Assembly: GCF_009914755.1 (NCBI RefSeq)
Contig: NC_060926.1
Direction: 5' to 3' (one strand)
Source of the DNA: the human T2T-CHM13v2.0 reference genome, Homo sapiens
DNA length: 64,000 nt
Positions 1 to 13,568 of the stretch are shown piece by piece. Position numbers and translations under genes: made by a program. The notes beneath the pieces were generated by a model. That model was not told the origin of the DNA, ran no database searches, and saw only the letters and a program-made list of their open reading frames with translations. Numbering within the stretch: position 1 is the first letter of the stretch; every line of letters begins with the position of its first letter.

Positions 1-74
1 AAGATAAAGAACTAGCAGAGATTGGGTAGGAGCAGATGGTGAGGTAGAAAGATAATCAAGATTGTGGTGCGTTC

Positions 75-523
75 AATAGCAAAGATGTGGAATCAGCCTA
101 AATGCCCATCAGTGATAGACTGGATCAAGAAAATGTGGTACAGATACACCATGGAATATTATGCAGCCAAAAAGGAATGAGATCAGGTCTTTTTCAGGGA
201 CATGAATAGAGTTGGAAGCCATTATCCTCAGCAAAGTAATGCAGGAACAGAAAACCAAACACTGCATGTTCTCATTTATAAATGGGAGCAGAATGATGAG
301 AACACATAGATACATGTGGGGGAACAACACATACTGAGGCCTGTAAGAGGCGGGGGATCGGGGAAAGGGAACATCAGGCAGAATAGCTAATGAATGCTGG
401 GATTAATACCTAGGAGACAGAATGATCTCTGCAGCAAACCACCATGGCACACATTTACCTGTGTAACAAACCTGCACATTCTGCACATGTACCCCTGAAC
501 TTAAAATAAAAATTGAAGAAAAA
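75..523 (+). mobile_element. 5'-truncated older L1PA (about L1PA13-16-like): ORF2 3' end, 3'UTR and A-tail
   Basis: L1 3' motifs (atggaatattatgcagcc; gcagcaaaccaccatggcacac; acccctgaacttaaaataaa). Diverged TSD aagattgtggtgcgttc (58-74) / aaggctgtggtgtgttg (524-540). Confidence 0.9.
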
Positions 524-817
524 AAGGCTGTGGTGTGTTGCAGGCTAAGAGAAGAGGTATTTCAAAAGGAGGACTTGAGTGATAGGAGGTCATATCTTGA
601 TGGTCTTCTATGTTCTTGAAATTCAGTCTTTTGGAGTTGGGGATATAGCAAATTGTTTTAAGTATGAAATTGTATTTTGGTGTCCAGAGCACACAGACAT
701 GGGCTGTGTTAGTATTAGTGATGTCTTAAAGAAGAGAAATAAATTTAAAAGATATAGGGTCTATTTATTTGACTGAAGAGACAAAAGCACATTTAGAAAG
801 ACTATTCTATATCTCTC

Positions 818-1594
818 TTTTTTTTTTTACTATTTACTTAGGTTTTATAACTTTATTTAAATTGTTAGTGGCTGTGATTCTTTTTTTTTCTTTGATGAGC
901 TTCTTTTTATTATTATTATTATTATACTTTAAGTTTTAGGGTACATGTGCACAATGTGCAGGTTAGTTACATATGTATTCATGTGCCATGCTGGTGTGCT
1001 GCACCCATTAACTCGTCATTTAGCATTAGGTATATCTCCTAATGCTATCCCTCCCCCCTCCCCCCACCCCACAACAGTCCCCGGAGTGTGATGTTCCCCT
1101 TCCTGTGTCCATGTGTTCTCACTGTTCAATTCCCATCTATGAGTGAGAACATGCAGCGTTTGGCTTTTTGTCCTTGCGATAGTTTACTGAGAATGATGAT
1201 TTCCAATTTCATCCATGTCCCTACAAAGGACATGGACTCATCATTTTTTATGGCTGCACAATATTCCATGGTGTATATGTGCCACATTTCCTTAATCCGG
1301 TCTGTCATTGTTGGACATTTGGGTTGGTTCCAAGTCTTTGCTATTGTGAATAGTGCCGCAATAAACATACGTGTGCATGTGTCTTTATAGCAGCATGACT
1401 TATAGTCCTTTGGGTATATACCCAGTAATGGGATGGCTGGGTCAAATGGTATTTCTAGTTCTAGATCCCAGAGGAATCGCCACACTGTCTTCCACAATGG
1501 TTGAACTAGTTCACAGTCCCACTAACAGTGTAAAATTGTTCCTATTTCTCCACATCCTCTCCAGCACCTGTTGTTTCCTGACTTTTTAATGATT
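818..1594 (-). mobile_element. 5'-truncated L1PA3/4-like element (901-1594) with probable 3'-transduced flank and second tail (818-900)
   Basis: Minus-strand ORF 1126-1497 is the ORF2p C-terminus (WKTVWRFL...[11 protein letters not shown]). L1PA 3'UTR and (TAA)n tail at 901-925. TSD-like ttctatatctctc (805-817) / ttctataactctt (1594-1606). Confidence 0.93.
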
Positions 1595-1920
1595 TCTATA
1601 ACTCTTATGCAAAATCATATTAACAAAAATAAATGGGATAGACAGTCTGAATGGCCATGTATAGTCTGTTTAGCCTGATGGATTGGGTCCCACTTGCATG
1701 TGGGAGGCTTGTGGCCTTCAGTAGAATACTTGCCCGTTTCTCTCATTTTACCAGTCACATGGTTAAGACTAAAGGAGCCTACTGAAAACAAAAAGGAGGA
1801 AGTTTTATGAACAAATAAAATAATGTATATAGAAGCATTATAAACAAAAAACTGAGCTGGCAAAAAGTTGGCAGTGTATCTGATAATACATTAGGTCTAA
1901 AGAAACATCCTTAACATAAT

Positions 1921-1962
1921 CTCTCTCTCACACACACATACGCACACACACACACACACACA
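1921..1962. repeat. (CT)n(CA)n compound microsatellite
   Basis: ctctctctcacacacacatacgcacacacacacacacacaca. Confidence 0.9.
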
Positions 1963-2324
1963 AATACAATCACCAACATGATTAAATTACAACAATAGTG
2001 AATGTATTTAGATTGTTAGGTGGTTGATGTAGTTGATGGGGTAATATGGGACTAGGATGACCCTTTCAGAATTTCCAAGAGAGATTATATATATTTACCT
2101 GTCATTTAAAAATGAAGAACTAATCTAATTAACACAAACCTGGTTGTCATATTCATGTTCTGCTGTGTGGCAGTATTGACAATGACTGAGATGCCAACAG
2201 TGTGAATAATTTATTTTCAATTACTTCTTATTTAAAACAATTTTAAACACTCAGAGAAGGGGAAGGCAGTGATATTGAGTAGTAAATTTCTTGGATGTGC
2301 AGCTCTGTGTAGCCCCTAGAATTG

Positions 2325-2542
2325 GACAGACTTGGCTCTACTATTATTTAGTGAATGAATGACTTTGGACAAATTACTTAGTCTTTCCAAGACTCAGATT
2401 CCTCATCTATAAAATAAGGAAGGGAGGAGAGAGAGTATCCTATTTAATACTGTGGGGAAGGTCAAATCAGATAATACACGTAAAGTAGTTAGCAAGGAGC
2501 CTGGCATAAAAGATGTTAGCAATAAGTGAGTGTTAGTATTAT
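2325..2542 (+). mobile_element. MIR SINE
   Basis: MIR core: tgactttggacaaattacttagtc...ctcagattcctcatctataaaat, and 3' gcctggcata...caataa. Confidence 0.75.
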
Positions 2543-3023
2543 CAACTTGAATGATAAAAATCAATTTCTCAATTTAAAAAAGTGAGTAAACTTTCTCCAA
2601 ATATTCAATGATGCAGTTGAGTCACTCAGCCCTTAAGGAGCTTGAGATGAACTCATCAGATTAATTCTCTTGTCCAGATGAGAAGGTACATCAAGTAGAT
2701 TTTTGAATGGGAGTGAGGACATAGTAGGGGGAAGGCCCTTTTATCATGTAATAGGTAAAATATGCCTCCTTTTCACCTTTGCAGTGATGAGGCCCTTGGT
2801 TTATTTCTTGTATTTATTTTATCCCTGTGGATTGTCCCACTGCCTTTAAAAAGCACACTGTGCTCCGGGTAATGTATATGACAGAACTTAGCTTCTTTCA
2901 GCAAGCTCCATAGTCCATGGAATTTGGTATGCAGTAGAAATGTGTGAAACAATCTTTATTTCTGGACTGGGCTAGGTACCAGGATTAGCATTTGAAAGCA
3001 CATTTTAGAAAAAAAGGTAATGC

Positions 3024-3150
3024 CAACAGCTAACATTTATTGTGTGCCAGCCACTGTTATGAGGGCTATACATGCTTTAATATGATTTAGATCCTCACAA
3101 AAATGGCAATAGTACCATTATCATCCCCATTAGGCAGTAGTAAAGTGAGC
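3024..3150 (-). mobile_element. MIR SINE fragment
   Basis: aacagctaacatttattgtgtgccagccactgtt...atcctcaca...ccattatcatccccatt. Confidence 0.65.
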
Positions 3151-5607
3151 CATGCATGTTGTCCCTCCCGTCCCTTGGTCTTGGGACACTTTGTGCCCTT
3201 TCTGTTTTGGGACAGAATGCTTGGGTTCCAATTCCTTCATTAAGCCAAGACTCTGAATTCCATGACTTTTAAATCAGGTGTATTCTAAGATATTTTTTAT
3301 GTTTTATAAGCAATGGCTTGATAATTACAGCTCTTCCCACTTCTTTCTTGCAGCCTTGTCCATTTCCACCCCACTGCACTCCTAACTTAGGCATAATTCC
3401 CTTCTCCTGCCAACTGGGAGGCAGCAAGACACCATCTATTTGTCCAGCCTGTCTCCAGCCCCACATTTCATTTTAATCTATTCAGTCCTACATTGGCTCA
3501 TGACCGTTTTCCTTCTACCCTCCCTTTCATTGGCTTAGGACTTTTTAAAAATAAGGGAATTAAAGTGTTTAAGAATACTTTGCTCCCTGGATCGCTACAT
3601 ATTATTATTACTACAATTATTAACAACCATATAATTAAATCATGGCTACTGTTTTCTGAATGTCTTCCATGTGCCACATGTTTCTCAGGAGAAAACCTTA
3701 TCTCAGAGAATTTTCTCAACTAAGTAGCAGAAGCAAGCTTTGAACTGAGACCTGTCCTGCATTCATCTTTCCCTTGCATTAGTGTTACCCGAAGAGTGAG
3801 ATGTTAACAGATATTACTGGAAAGGGCTTGCCGTAATTAACCCAATTTAGGAAATGTCCTTCTCTAGGAGATGCTCAGCTCATATTAGTGTTATAGAGGT
3901 TTTGAGAAATTTTGCAAAAACAAGTAAATATACTTTGTCCAATGCAGCATTTTCTAAGTTTATTTGACTCTGAAGTCCTATTTTAGAGAAGTCTGCGATA
4001 ACATCTAGCTCCTTGGAATGTCACTGGGAAACACTGAGTTGTGTCCTGCTCCCTCCCTATTTCAAAGACACCCTTCTGAGAGGGAGGAAAGTAAATATCA
4101 AAGGTCACCCAGGTCACCTAAGGAGAGGGAGGAACTGCAGGGAACAAAGTGCTGGGCCATGAGAGGAAAGGGAATGCCAAAGGCCACTGTCACCTATTTG
4201 ATATATTTGCTTGATATTGGCTCTGGTCTGAGATCTCAGGAATCTAGTTAAAATAGTATTGTCATATTTGATTACATATCTTGAAGCAATGATTTCCTCA
4301 TAAGCTTGTTCTAAGTTAAAAGATTATTGCTAAATAAAATATGATAGAGTTTTTCACATCCCAGGACCAATTCATACTGCTTGACAGAGATCAGGTTTTA
4401 TAACATAAAAGACCTAATTCAATACTCTATTAATATTCTGCACAAGAAATTTTATGAGATAACTCTGACATATCCAAGGAAATATTTTTGACTGTGTTTC
4501 CTCAGGAGTTGTTCCCCTTCCTTTTCAAAATATGGATATATGTGAATTTCTAATTAATTGTTGACTACCACCCATTTTCATTGACACATTCTCTCTTAAC
4601 ATTTATCCTCAGGTGTTAGGGTCTTTTCATACTTATAAATTTGGTTATTGAGAAAATAAAGTTCAGCTCTGTTTTATATTTGATTAACAGTGGACAAATT
4701 ATTTGGTGATTTAAATCAGGAAGAACTCTCACACATTTTCTGACGCATAAATCAGAGGCAGTCTCTTAAGATGTCCTATGGTGCTTACCCACTTCTCAGC
4801 TCTGGTTCCTACTTAATTTTGGAGCTTTGTGGATTGAATTAGTGTATTGGGAAATATGAGTGTTAAAATAAGCTGAGGCCGATTTGCGGTGCTGCACTCA
4901 ATCTCCAGGCAAACCAAGTCTACATTTATGATCAGGAAGTTTGGGCACATTTGTGACAATTTTTAATTCTTTTTTTTTAATGCCCAAGCAAATATTTAGT
5001 CATTTGGTCCAATTTTATTTTTCACCAGACATATTTATGTTATCACACCTCAAATGTATTTACAGCAGGCCCACCCACTAAACTGCCATTTGTTCGGTCA
5101 AATTGCTTTAACACAACACTGAACTGACTGAGCTTACTCAGAATATGAGCAAATCTGCATACTGCCATAGTAAGTGCACACGATTGTGAAGGTCAAGCCG
5201 CAGTGAGAATCCTGGGGACAGCCACCCCGTGTGGATGTCATTTCTAACTGAGGCTGTGAATGGTGACATGCCTGGTGTGCCCATGATGTCCGTATGACTG
5301 TCGAAAGGAACCATACATTGTGCTCTATGTTTATAGCTTTGGAGCAGGGAGTTACAAACAATGTGAGCCTAATTCATAGCTTAGAATGAATAAAATAAAT
5401 TGTAGATTAATAAAATTTAACAAGAATGGGTTAGGTACTACTGTGTAAAAAGTACTATACCAGAAAATTGTAAGAGTTACAAACATGACTAAAAACAGGG
5501 ATCTTTTATTTAAAAAAAAAAGAGTCCACTCCTGGGGGTGTGATGGAGTGTCTGAAGAGAGGACAAGTAATGCCGCTCAGGCATATAAAAGGTTTTGTGA
5601 GGGAAGC

Positions 5608-5949
5608 TGTATTAGTCCATTCTCACCCTGCTATAAAGATACTATCTGAGACTGGGTAATTCATAAACAAAGGAGGTTTCATTGACTCACAGTTCTGCAT
5701 GGTTGGGGAGGCCTCAGGAAACTTACAATCTTGGTGGAAGGGGAAGCAGGCACGTGTTACATGGCGGCAGGTGAGACAGCGCGTGTGTCAGCGGAGGAAA
5801 ACTACCATTTATAAAACCATCAGATCTTGTGAGAATTCACTTAGTCTCATGAGACCAGCATGGGGAGCAGGGGGCAAACCACCCACATAATCCAATCTCT
5901 TCCCACCAGGTCTCTCTCTGGGATTACAATTCAAAGCCTAACCATATCA
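5608..5949 (-). mobile_element. MaLR solo LTR (MSTA/THE1D-like)
   Basis: Termini tgtattagtcc...aaccatatca; internal gactgggtaatt and ggcctcaggaaacttacaatc; 5-bp TSD gaagc/gaatc. Confidence 0.9.
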
Positions 5950-6135
5950 GAATCATAGTTTCAAGCTGGGCCTGACATGATTGTGATAGGTAGAAATTAG
6001 GAGGAGAGGCATCTGAGGCTGAAGGAGAGCATGAGCAATGTGGAAACACTGACTCCAGGGCAACGTGAGTGGTGTGTGGCCCTTTCTCAAGACGACTAAT
6101 TTTATTGCTCCCATGCCCAGTACATCTGATTTTGA

Positions 6136-6358
6136 TAATAGCTAACTTTTATTAAACAATTGCTCTATGCCAGTTATTATGCTGTGTTCTTGACATTCTT
6201 TGTCTTATGTAATCCTCAAAAGAACCCTAAGGAAGTACATCCACTAAATATCCCCATTTTATAGAAGTGGAACTTGAGACATGAAAAAAATAAGTAATTT
6301 CCCCCAAGTCACATGGCTAGTCTGTAGGAGAATCAGGATTCTGACCTAGGTGGTCTAA
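6136..6358 (-). mobile_element. MIR SINE
   Basis: aatcctcaaaagaacccta...ccccattttatagaagtggaacttgagac...cccaagtcacatggctagt. Confidence 0.8.
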
Positions 6359-7299
6359 TGCATGCAAAGGTCTTTGTATAACAGAGGGAGGCCTTCATTT
6401 ACACCTATTAATAGGTGATGTCACACAAAGCTCTATATTGTCCCAGGGTTCAACTTCTGCAAGTATCTTCAGGATTCTCTACTGCAGCCAACACAGGAAA
6501 AGGCGTGTTTTAAGACAACAAACAAATTATTGAAGGTAGCTCAGACCTCTTGTAAGAGTCCCCTGCAATAGATACAGAGACCTTAGTGGGGTAAAGATTA
6601 GGCTCTTTAGGTATGTCAGGCACAAGAGTGATGATATAGAAGCAGAAAAAGGTGAAAGTAAAGGTATTTTTTTCCCTAGGTATTTTAGCCCTCTCCTCTT
6701 CTCACAAAAGTTCATATTCTGTTGGACTATTTTAACTTGGGATTTTTATTTTTATTCTTTTATGCCTATACTATTTTTACAGAAGAATAAATGGGTAGAA
6801 ACGATATCCTGGAAAATTAGTGAGAATAGGGCTTTTTATTCCAGTTGGCAGTGTCATGTTTAGCATTGTCCAGCTTTAGTGGGGAACACCCTTCTCCCAG
6901 GCTTGGACACAAGGCCTTGCAGCAGGTAGCTGCTACAGATGTTCCCTGCTCCCTAAGGCTGCCAGAGGCAGGAAACTGCAGCAGATACCTGATGGCAGGG
7001 ATTGCTTTGCAGTGGCTCTTCTTGCCCCAGGTGTGTTCTTCCAAAGGTGGTTGCAGGAGGGAGAGATGTTTCATTTCAAATTTCCCTAGGCTACATTTAC
7101 TGTTGCTTTTTTGTCTTACACATATTAGGCTTCAGGACCTTGCTTAGTACCTTTTCAAAGTAACAGGGTAATGACTGCTATTGTCCATTTCTACATTGAG
7201 ACCACAGAGAAGGATGAAGGATGAGGATGATGTGATTTGTTCACCCAGCAGCACACATTTATCTGAGTGATAGGTTATTTGTTCCCTGGGTCCATGAGA

Positions 7300-7551
7300 G
7301 GCTGTGTAATGTAGAGGTTAAGCTTAAAGCCTGCTTTAATTGCCAGGAGTTAATTCCTGGGTCTGCTACTTCCCATTGTTTCATTTTGGAATAAGTTACT
7401 TAACTGCTCTGACACCTTAATTTCCCTATGTGTAAAATGGATATGATAGTGTTACCCACTTTATGGAGTTACTGTGATGATTAAATAAGCAGTATCTGTA
7501 AAAAGCATAAAACATTGCCTTGTATACTGAAAAAGTATGAGTTATCATTAT
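7300..7551 (+). mobile_element. MIR SINE (near full length)
   Basis: gtgtaatgtagaggttaagc...aagttacttaactgctctg...tttccctatgtgtaaaatgg...tgatgattaaataa. Confidence 0.8.
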
Positions 7552-8925
7552 CATAAAGAAAATATCAAAGAGTACGTTTGAGTTCTGTAGCCAATAAGTT
7601 ATGTACTGAAAGATAGGGCCCAATATTGATTAACTGGGGAGTGGGGAAAATGTGCTTGTGGTATAACCATTTCCCTTTTGAACATCTGACTGTCTACCCT
7701 ATTCTCCTTATTTATGGTCCTATTATCCTGTAGCTACAGTTACCTCCCTAGACCTTGCCTCTAGTTCTGAACTTTTACCGAGTCTTATCCCTTATGAAAA
7801 TTTACCAGTACATACATTTATCCAAGGGTCTTGCTTAAGCACTTCCTGACTTCAGAGATGCATGAGGCTTAATTTTCAGATAAGAGACTAAATCTCAGCT
7901 CCAGCTTTAGAATTTTTTACAGGCAATCTCTATGCTCCTCTGGCTTTACCCATAACTAGAAATATGTTGGATATAAAAGCTGGGGTTAATTCCATCAGCT
8001 GAAGGTTAAGCCGTTAGCTTCTCTAAACAGGAACTTTCATCAAAACACCAATGGTTCCTTCTTTTTGCCTGATGACTTTGAAGCTGATCATTGAATGTGT
8101 CAACATGTTACCTCTCTTAGGTAAGCTAAGTCCACTTAATAAACACTTTCTGAGATAAAGTCCTATATCAGAAAAGTTTCTCTGAAGATGGAAATTTCAG
8201 GCACTATGGTAAGCCACTGGGAGAGACTTTTTGATGTCAGTGGAGACTTTTTATAATCCCTCAAATCGTACAGAAGAACTGAAAAAAATAGAATGAACAC
8301 ACTGGTAAGATTATAACAGACAGTATAAAACCATTAGCAAAGCTGACCTATCATGTATTACATTTGAAAAGAAAGAGATTAAAACTTAATAAGATAAGAA
8401 TTAATTTCCTAGATTCATTTTCCTTACTGTTGTTATAGTTTGCTAGAGATTAATAAAACAGATAATATTGTAGCATCAATGCTTATAAGAACAAGGACTG
8501 AGCTAATATTTTGTCATCTTGTAACATCACTAGGAAAACATAGTTAAGAAGGCCATGTACCCAAATTTCAGTTGACAGGAAGAGACTGAATTTGTTTCAT
8601 TGATATTTTAGACGCTGCTGCTTCTCAGAACTCCACCTAAGAAACAACAAATATTCAGAGTCTCTGCGTGGAGTATATGGAAGGCTTCCCAGAGAGGTGA
8701 AATCAAGTTGCATCTTAATGGGGAATGCATAGATATTTTCAAACTAATTTCAGAGGCCATAGCGGTGTGGAATGCTTGGCAAAATATAGAGACATCGAAT
8801 GGTATTTATTTTGGAGCCTAACTTAAGGGAAAATAATTGAACAAGCACAAATATTTGGGATATGCAACTCCCAAGCCACGACCTCTCTAGGAAAGAATTG
8901 AAATGGTGGTATAAATGGTAATATA

Positions 8926-9395
8926 TGTCTGCTGCATTTCCTCAGTTTGCCCTTCTATGTTCACTGTCTATCCTTCTCTTCCTCCTCAGAATAGAGAGAA
9001 GGTGCTACACGGATTTCCTTATTTTCCTGGCTTCTTGTTGGGTTTCAAGCAGTGGGGATTTCCACCAAAAAACTGGAGAGGAAGGAGAGCCATGTTGGAG
9101 TATTTATTCCCCAGATTCAAATCTTATGGGGTTGCAGTGGTTGGTTTCATCTTTCACTGAGGTTTGTAGATACTGTCAACCCTCAGCATATAGCTGTCTC
9201 AGGGTTCCAGCATAGTCATTCATTCTGCTGCTTGCCCCTGGTGGCTCTATACTGTGAGTAGCCCTGGGCCACTGCACCATTCATTTAAGTGTTTCTCTTA
9301 AACACTGTCTGAGTTCTTGTGAATAGTTCTGTCATTACCTCCCCTCAAATTACCAAATTTGAGCGTTTCAAAATGTTTGAATCCTGAGTGATACA
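8926..9395 (+). mobile_element. ERVL solo LTR, LTR33-like
   Basis: TG...CA termini (tgtctgctgc...cctgagtgataca); LTR33-type blocks ctggcttcttgttgggttt, ggagtatttattcccc, gtagccctggg, ctcaaattacc. Confidence 0.6.
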
Positions 9396-9544
9396 GGATA
9401 AAATTATTTGCCAGACAAAGAAAGTAAATGGAATTTTGGTAAGCAGGCATTCCGTATTTAAAGAATAAAAATGTGGCAAAATACTATGATAATGAAAATG
9501 AGCTGAATATGGTAGACAAAGCAAAAATAACAAAACTAGGCTAG

Positions 9545-9575
<31 letters not shown>
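9545..9575. repeat. (AAT)10 trinucleotide microsatellite
   Basis: Perfect ataataata... run. Confidence 0.95.
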
Positions 9576-11121
9576 GGCACTACATTTTTCTCTATACAGA
9601 TTGGCAGAAATTTTAATCAGGACAAAAATGTTGGTGTCAGATATTTGGAGAAGATAAATGACTTTCCAAGATTAAATTCCCTTAGAACTTCAAGGAGGAT
9701 AAAATATAATAGACTTAGTTCTGTGTGGTGGTCAAAAGAATGACAAATTAAGGGTAATTTGCCAAGATCAAATTCAACATTTTAGTGAAAGTGAGGGGAA
9801 CTAAAAGGTATTCATCAGAAGGCGAGTTCTTAATGACAGAAAGTAAAACAAAGAAACAGCAAAAACTGACAGAATGGGCTTAAAACATTTTTGAAAACAT
9901 TACTCAACATTCCAGGGGAACCCTCAAAGTCATTTAAAAGCACCACAATGTGTTTACAAGAAAATAACTTGCCCACAAATCTTGCACAATTAAGTGACAA
10001 AACTATATTCATGAATGAAAAAACAAGCAGTAATTTAGGGTTTTTTCTTTTTTTCAAAATGAATAAATTGTGAAAGAGAATTGGAAAACCTAGCAAGAGT
10101 TGAAGTTCAGCTGTAAAGTAAAAACAAAGCCAAGAATAATTTGAGGGGCACTTGAATTTCTAAGTCATTAATTAAAATTAGAAATTACTTGAAGATTAAA
10201 AAAAACAGAGAAGGTGAACTAGAGAACAAATATGATCACATCACTGAGAATATACTAAGGGAAAAAGAGGAAATTCAGCTAAAAATTATTCTACTAGATA
10301 TGGGAGAGTTTTAGAACCAAGCTATATAAGCAGAATGTATTGCACGTATTGGACAAAAATATTACAAATAAATCACCTCCCATAATCAATACTTAAAGTA
10401 CTCAAGGTATAGTGTGGGTGCCCCAAGTATGTAACTTATTATTTTAATGATCCATGTGTGGGTCCATTTGATTCCCATAATAAGCATTTAAGAGAGAAAA
10501 GATTATAATAGCACTTCAATTCCAGGCAAGCTGCTGGTATTGGTGATAAATTGTGAGGATTCTAAAGCCCATTGAGAATAATGTATTGGTGGAAATGTAA
10601 CATTTTTCTGTAAGGCAAAATCTGGTCTGACTCCTCTATTGGAGACTTTTGCATTTAAATACAAACCAAGCAGAACCAAAATGGAAAGAAAATAGAAATA
10701 AAACAAAGGACAGAAATTGTTAGTTGACCACTCTGGCCCTACCATTGTGGTAAGAATGTTAATACACTCATTAGACAATGATGATGTTCTAGAGGGTAGC
10801 AATCATTGTCCCAATTTTACAGTGGAAACAGACTAAGAAGTCTCCATAACTACCTTGCTTACTGGCTCTGCTCTAATAGCTAGTAAGTGAAATTCTGACA
10901 CTTGCCCAAATATATCTGGTTCTTAGTACTCTGTTTATTTTACCAGTTTTTTAGACTTTTTGAAAAATTTTAACAGATATTTATCAGAGTTTTTAGAAGG
11001 CTTTAAATATTGAGTGACAGCTCAATTGGATAGAGTTTTACAAAGATAAGGAGCCAAATGAAAAATAAGAACAAAAAAAGACAGGAAAATCGGGCATCTC
11101 TGGCTAGCAATCACTAACAGT

Positions 11122-11711
11122 ATTTGCCAGGCAAAATTCTAAGATGGTCCCCAAGATTTCATTCCTCTGTCATACAGATTCTGAATAATTCCAGTGCTGT
11201 GGAAATGAAAGACTTAGACTCCCACAATTAGTTTATGTTATATGGCTCAGTTTACTTTAAGAAAGGGAGATTATCCAGGTGTGCTTACTAGAATCACAGG
11301 AGACTTTTAAAAGCAGAGATTTTTCTCTTGCTGGTCACAGAAGAGGAAGTCAAAGGTGTTCCTGCTGGCCTGGAAGAAAGCAAATATCCACGTTTGAACA
11401 GCTGATGAGAAGGGAAGCCCCTGGGAGCCGAAAGCAGTGATGAATAAACAGCCAGGAGGAAAGTGGGGACACAGTCTTATGACCATGGAAAATGGATTCT
11501 GCCATTAACCAGTGAGTTTGGAAGAGGACCCGAGTCCAGATGAGAACCCCTGCTACAGTCACAACTTGATTTCAGCCTTGTAACACCCTGAGAGGAAAAC
11601 CCAGTCACACCCAGCCCGACTTCTGACCTACAGTACTATGACTGGTAAATGGCGTTGTTTAAAGCTGCTAATTTGTGGTATTTTATCATTCAGCAATAGG
11701 AGAGTAACACA
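11122..11711 (+). mobile_element. MaLR LTR, MLT1E/F-like
   Basis: aggcaaaattctaagatggtcccc start; aaagggagattatcc; ttgatttcagccttgt; gacttctgacctacag; 3' tttaaagctgctaatttgtggta...gcaataggagagtaacaca. Confidence 0.85.
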
Positions 11712-12052
11712 CAGCAAAAGCTACTTCTGGAATTTTTCTTATCTGACATTTTACAAAAGTCCAGGCAATTGAATGGTAAAATTATAGGAAGTTTGTGCAT
11801 ATAGTGAAAGTTTGATCTGTGGGAAGTACAGTGTACGGAAATTGAGTTATGTTGACTGTATGAACTGGTAGATGTTTCAGTAGAGGCACTAAGCAAGACA
11901 TTTAAGGAAGTAATACAGCTGATATTTGTGAGATGATGCACAGGTCTCAACCAGCCGTTATGATTCACTAAAGAGCCACAGGGGGCACTTTCATCATTCC
12001 CTGTAGACATTAGCATAACATGCTGCTGTTCAGAAGACAAAAAATAAATGTC

Positions 12053-12339
<287 letters not shown>

Positions 12340-13099
12340 TGTCTGAGCATTGTCAGGAAGGGTGTTGGAAACTAACTAGAAACAAAAGGTTTGCGGAAAA
12401 TATGGTTAATTGTCTCAAAAGATAATGTGAATGGTTATCCTTCTTAACCAGACATCAGGAAATACATAAGTAACAGACAAGGTCCCCACATGAGCAACTA
12501 AAATGGTCAACAGGTCAAACATTCTTAGGTAGTACATTTTATAAATATGTCCTTTATTTAAAGAATTGAATATTGAGTTATAAACAATAAAATGACTAAA
12601 TAGAAGGTCTGTTGGTAACAATCTTAGAATCTAGTTATTTGAGAAATGTTTCTTCTTTCACTTTTCTGACATTTCCTCCCATGCCTGGATCAATTTAGTT
12701 GCTCATGCAACAGTAGCATGTTAAGCTAATGTTTACAGGGAACAAAGAAAATGACCCCTGTGGCTCTTTAATGAATCATAACTGTTAGTTGAGGCCCATT
12801 CATCATCTCACAAATATCATCTGCCCATGCCTCTGGTGAGAAACTGTGAATTACTTGTTTGGTAAAATCAAGACAACATATTGGGCATGTTTGACTCATC
12901 TCCTCCTTTTTACTTCTTAAGAATAAGCCTGACCAAAGAGAACACCTTTTCTACTCTGCAAATAGAATAGATAAAGCTGTATCATTCTGGAAAATATAAA
13001 CCACAAACTCCATCATAGCCTTTTTTTTTAAGTAATAAAGGTGAAAATTTGCCCCAAAAAATGTTGTCCTTTTATTATTATTATTATTATTAACTAGTT

Positions 13100-13568
13100 T
13101 AAAGCCTGGCGTGTTTAAAACTTGAAGGTTAGAAAACCAAATGGATTGGCAGGGCTACATTCCTTCTGGAGGCCCGAAGAGTGAATTCATTTCCTTGCCT
13201 TTTCTAGCTTTCTAGAGGCCACCTGCAGTTTTTGGTTCATTGTCCCTTCCTCCACCTTCAAGCAAGCAATGTAGCATCTTTAAATCTGTCTCTCTGACTA
13301 TGAGCCCTGCTTCTGTCATCACATCTCCTTCCCTCCCTCTTCTTCTGGGTCACATATCCTTCATTGACTGTGCCCTCCTACCTCCCTTTCATAACGACCC
13401 TATGATTACACTGGGCCCATATGTATAAATCAGTACAATCTCCCCATCTCAGGATCCTTAACTTAACTGGATCTTCAGAGTCCATTTTGCTATGTAAGGT
13501 AACGTATTCACAGGTTCTGAGGTTTAGGGCATGAACCTTTTTCCAGGGCCATTATTCAGCCTACCACA
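13100..13568 (-). mobile_element. MaLR LTR, MLT1C/D-like
   Basis: ggcagggctacattccttctggagg; ccttgccttttctagc; tgattacactgggccca; aatctccccatctcaggatccttaacttaa; ends attcagcctaccaca. Confidence 0.85.

Noticed and set aside
11973-11990. CTCF-like gccacagggggcac
   Set aside because: Only the 3' core matches (about 11/14), which is insufficient without ChIP data.
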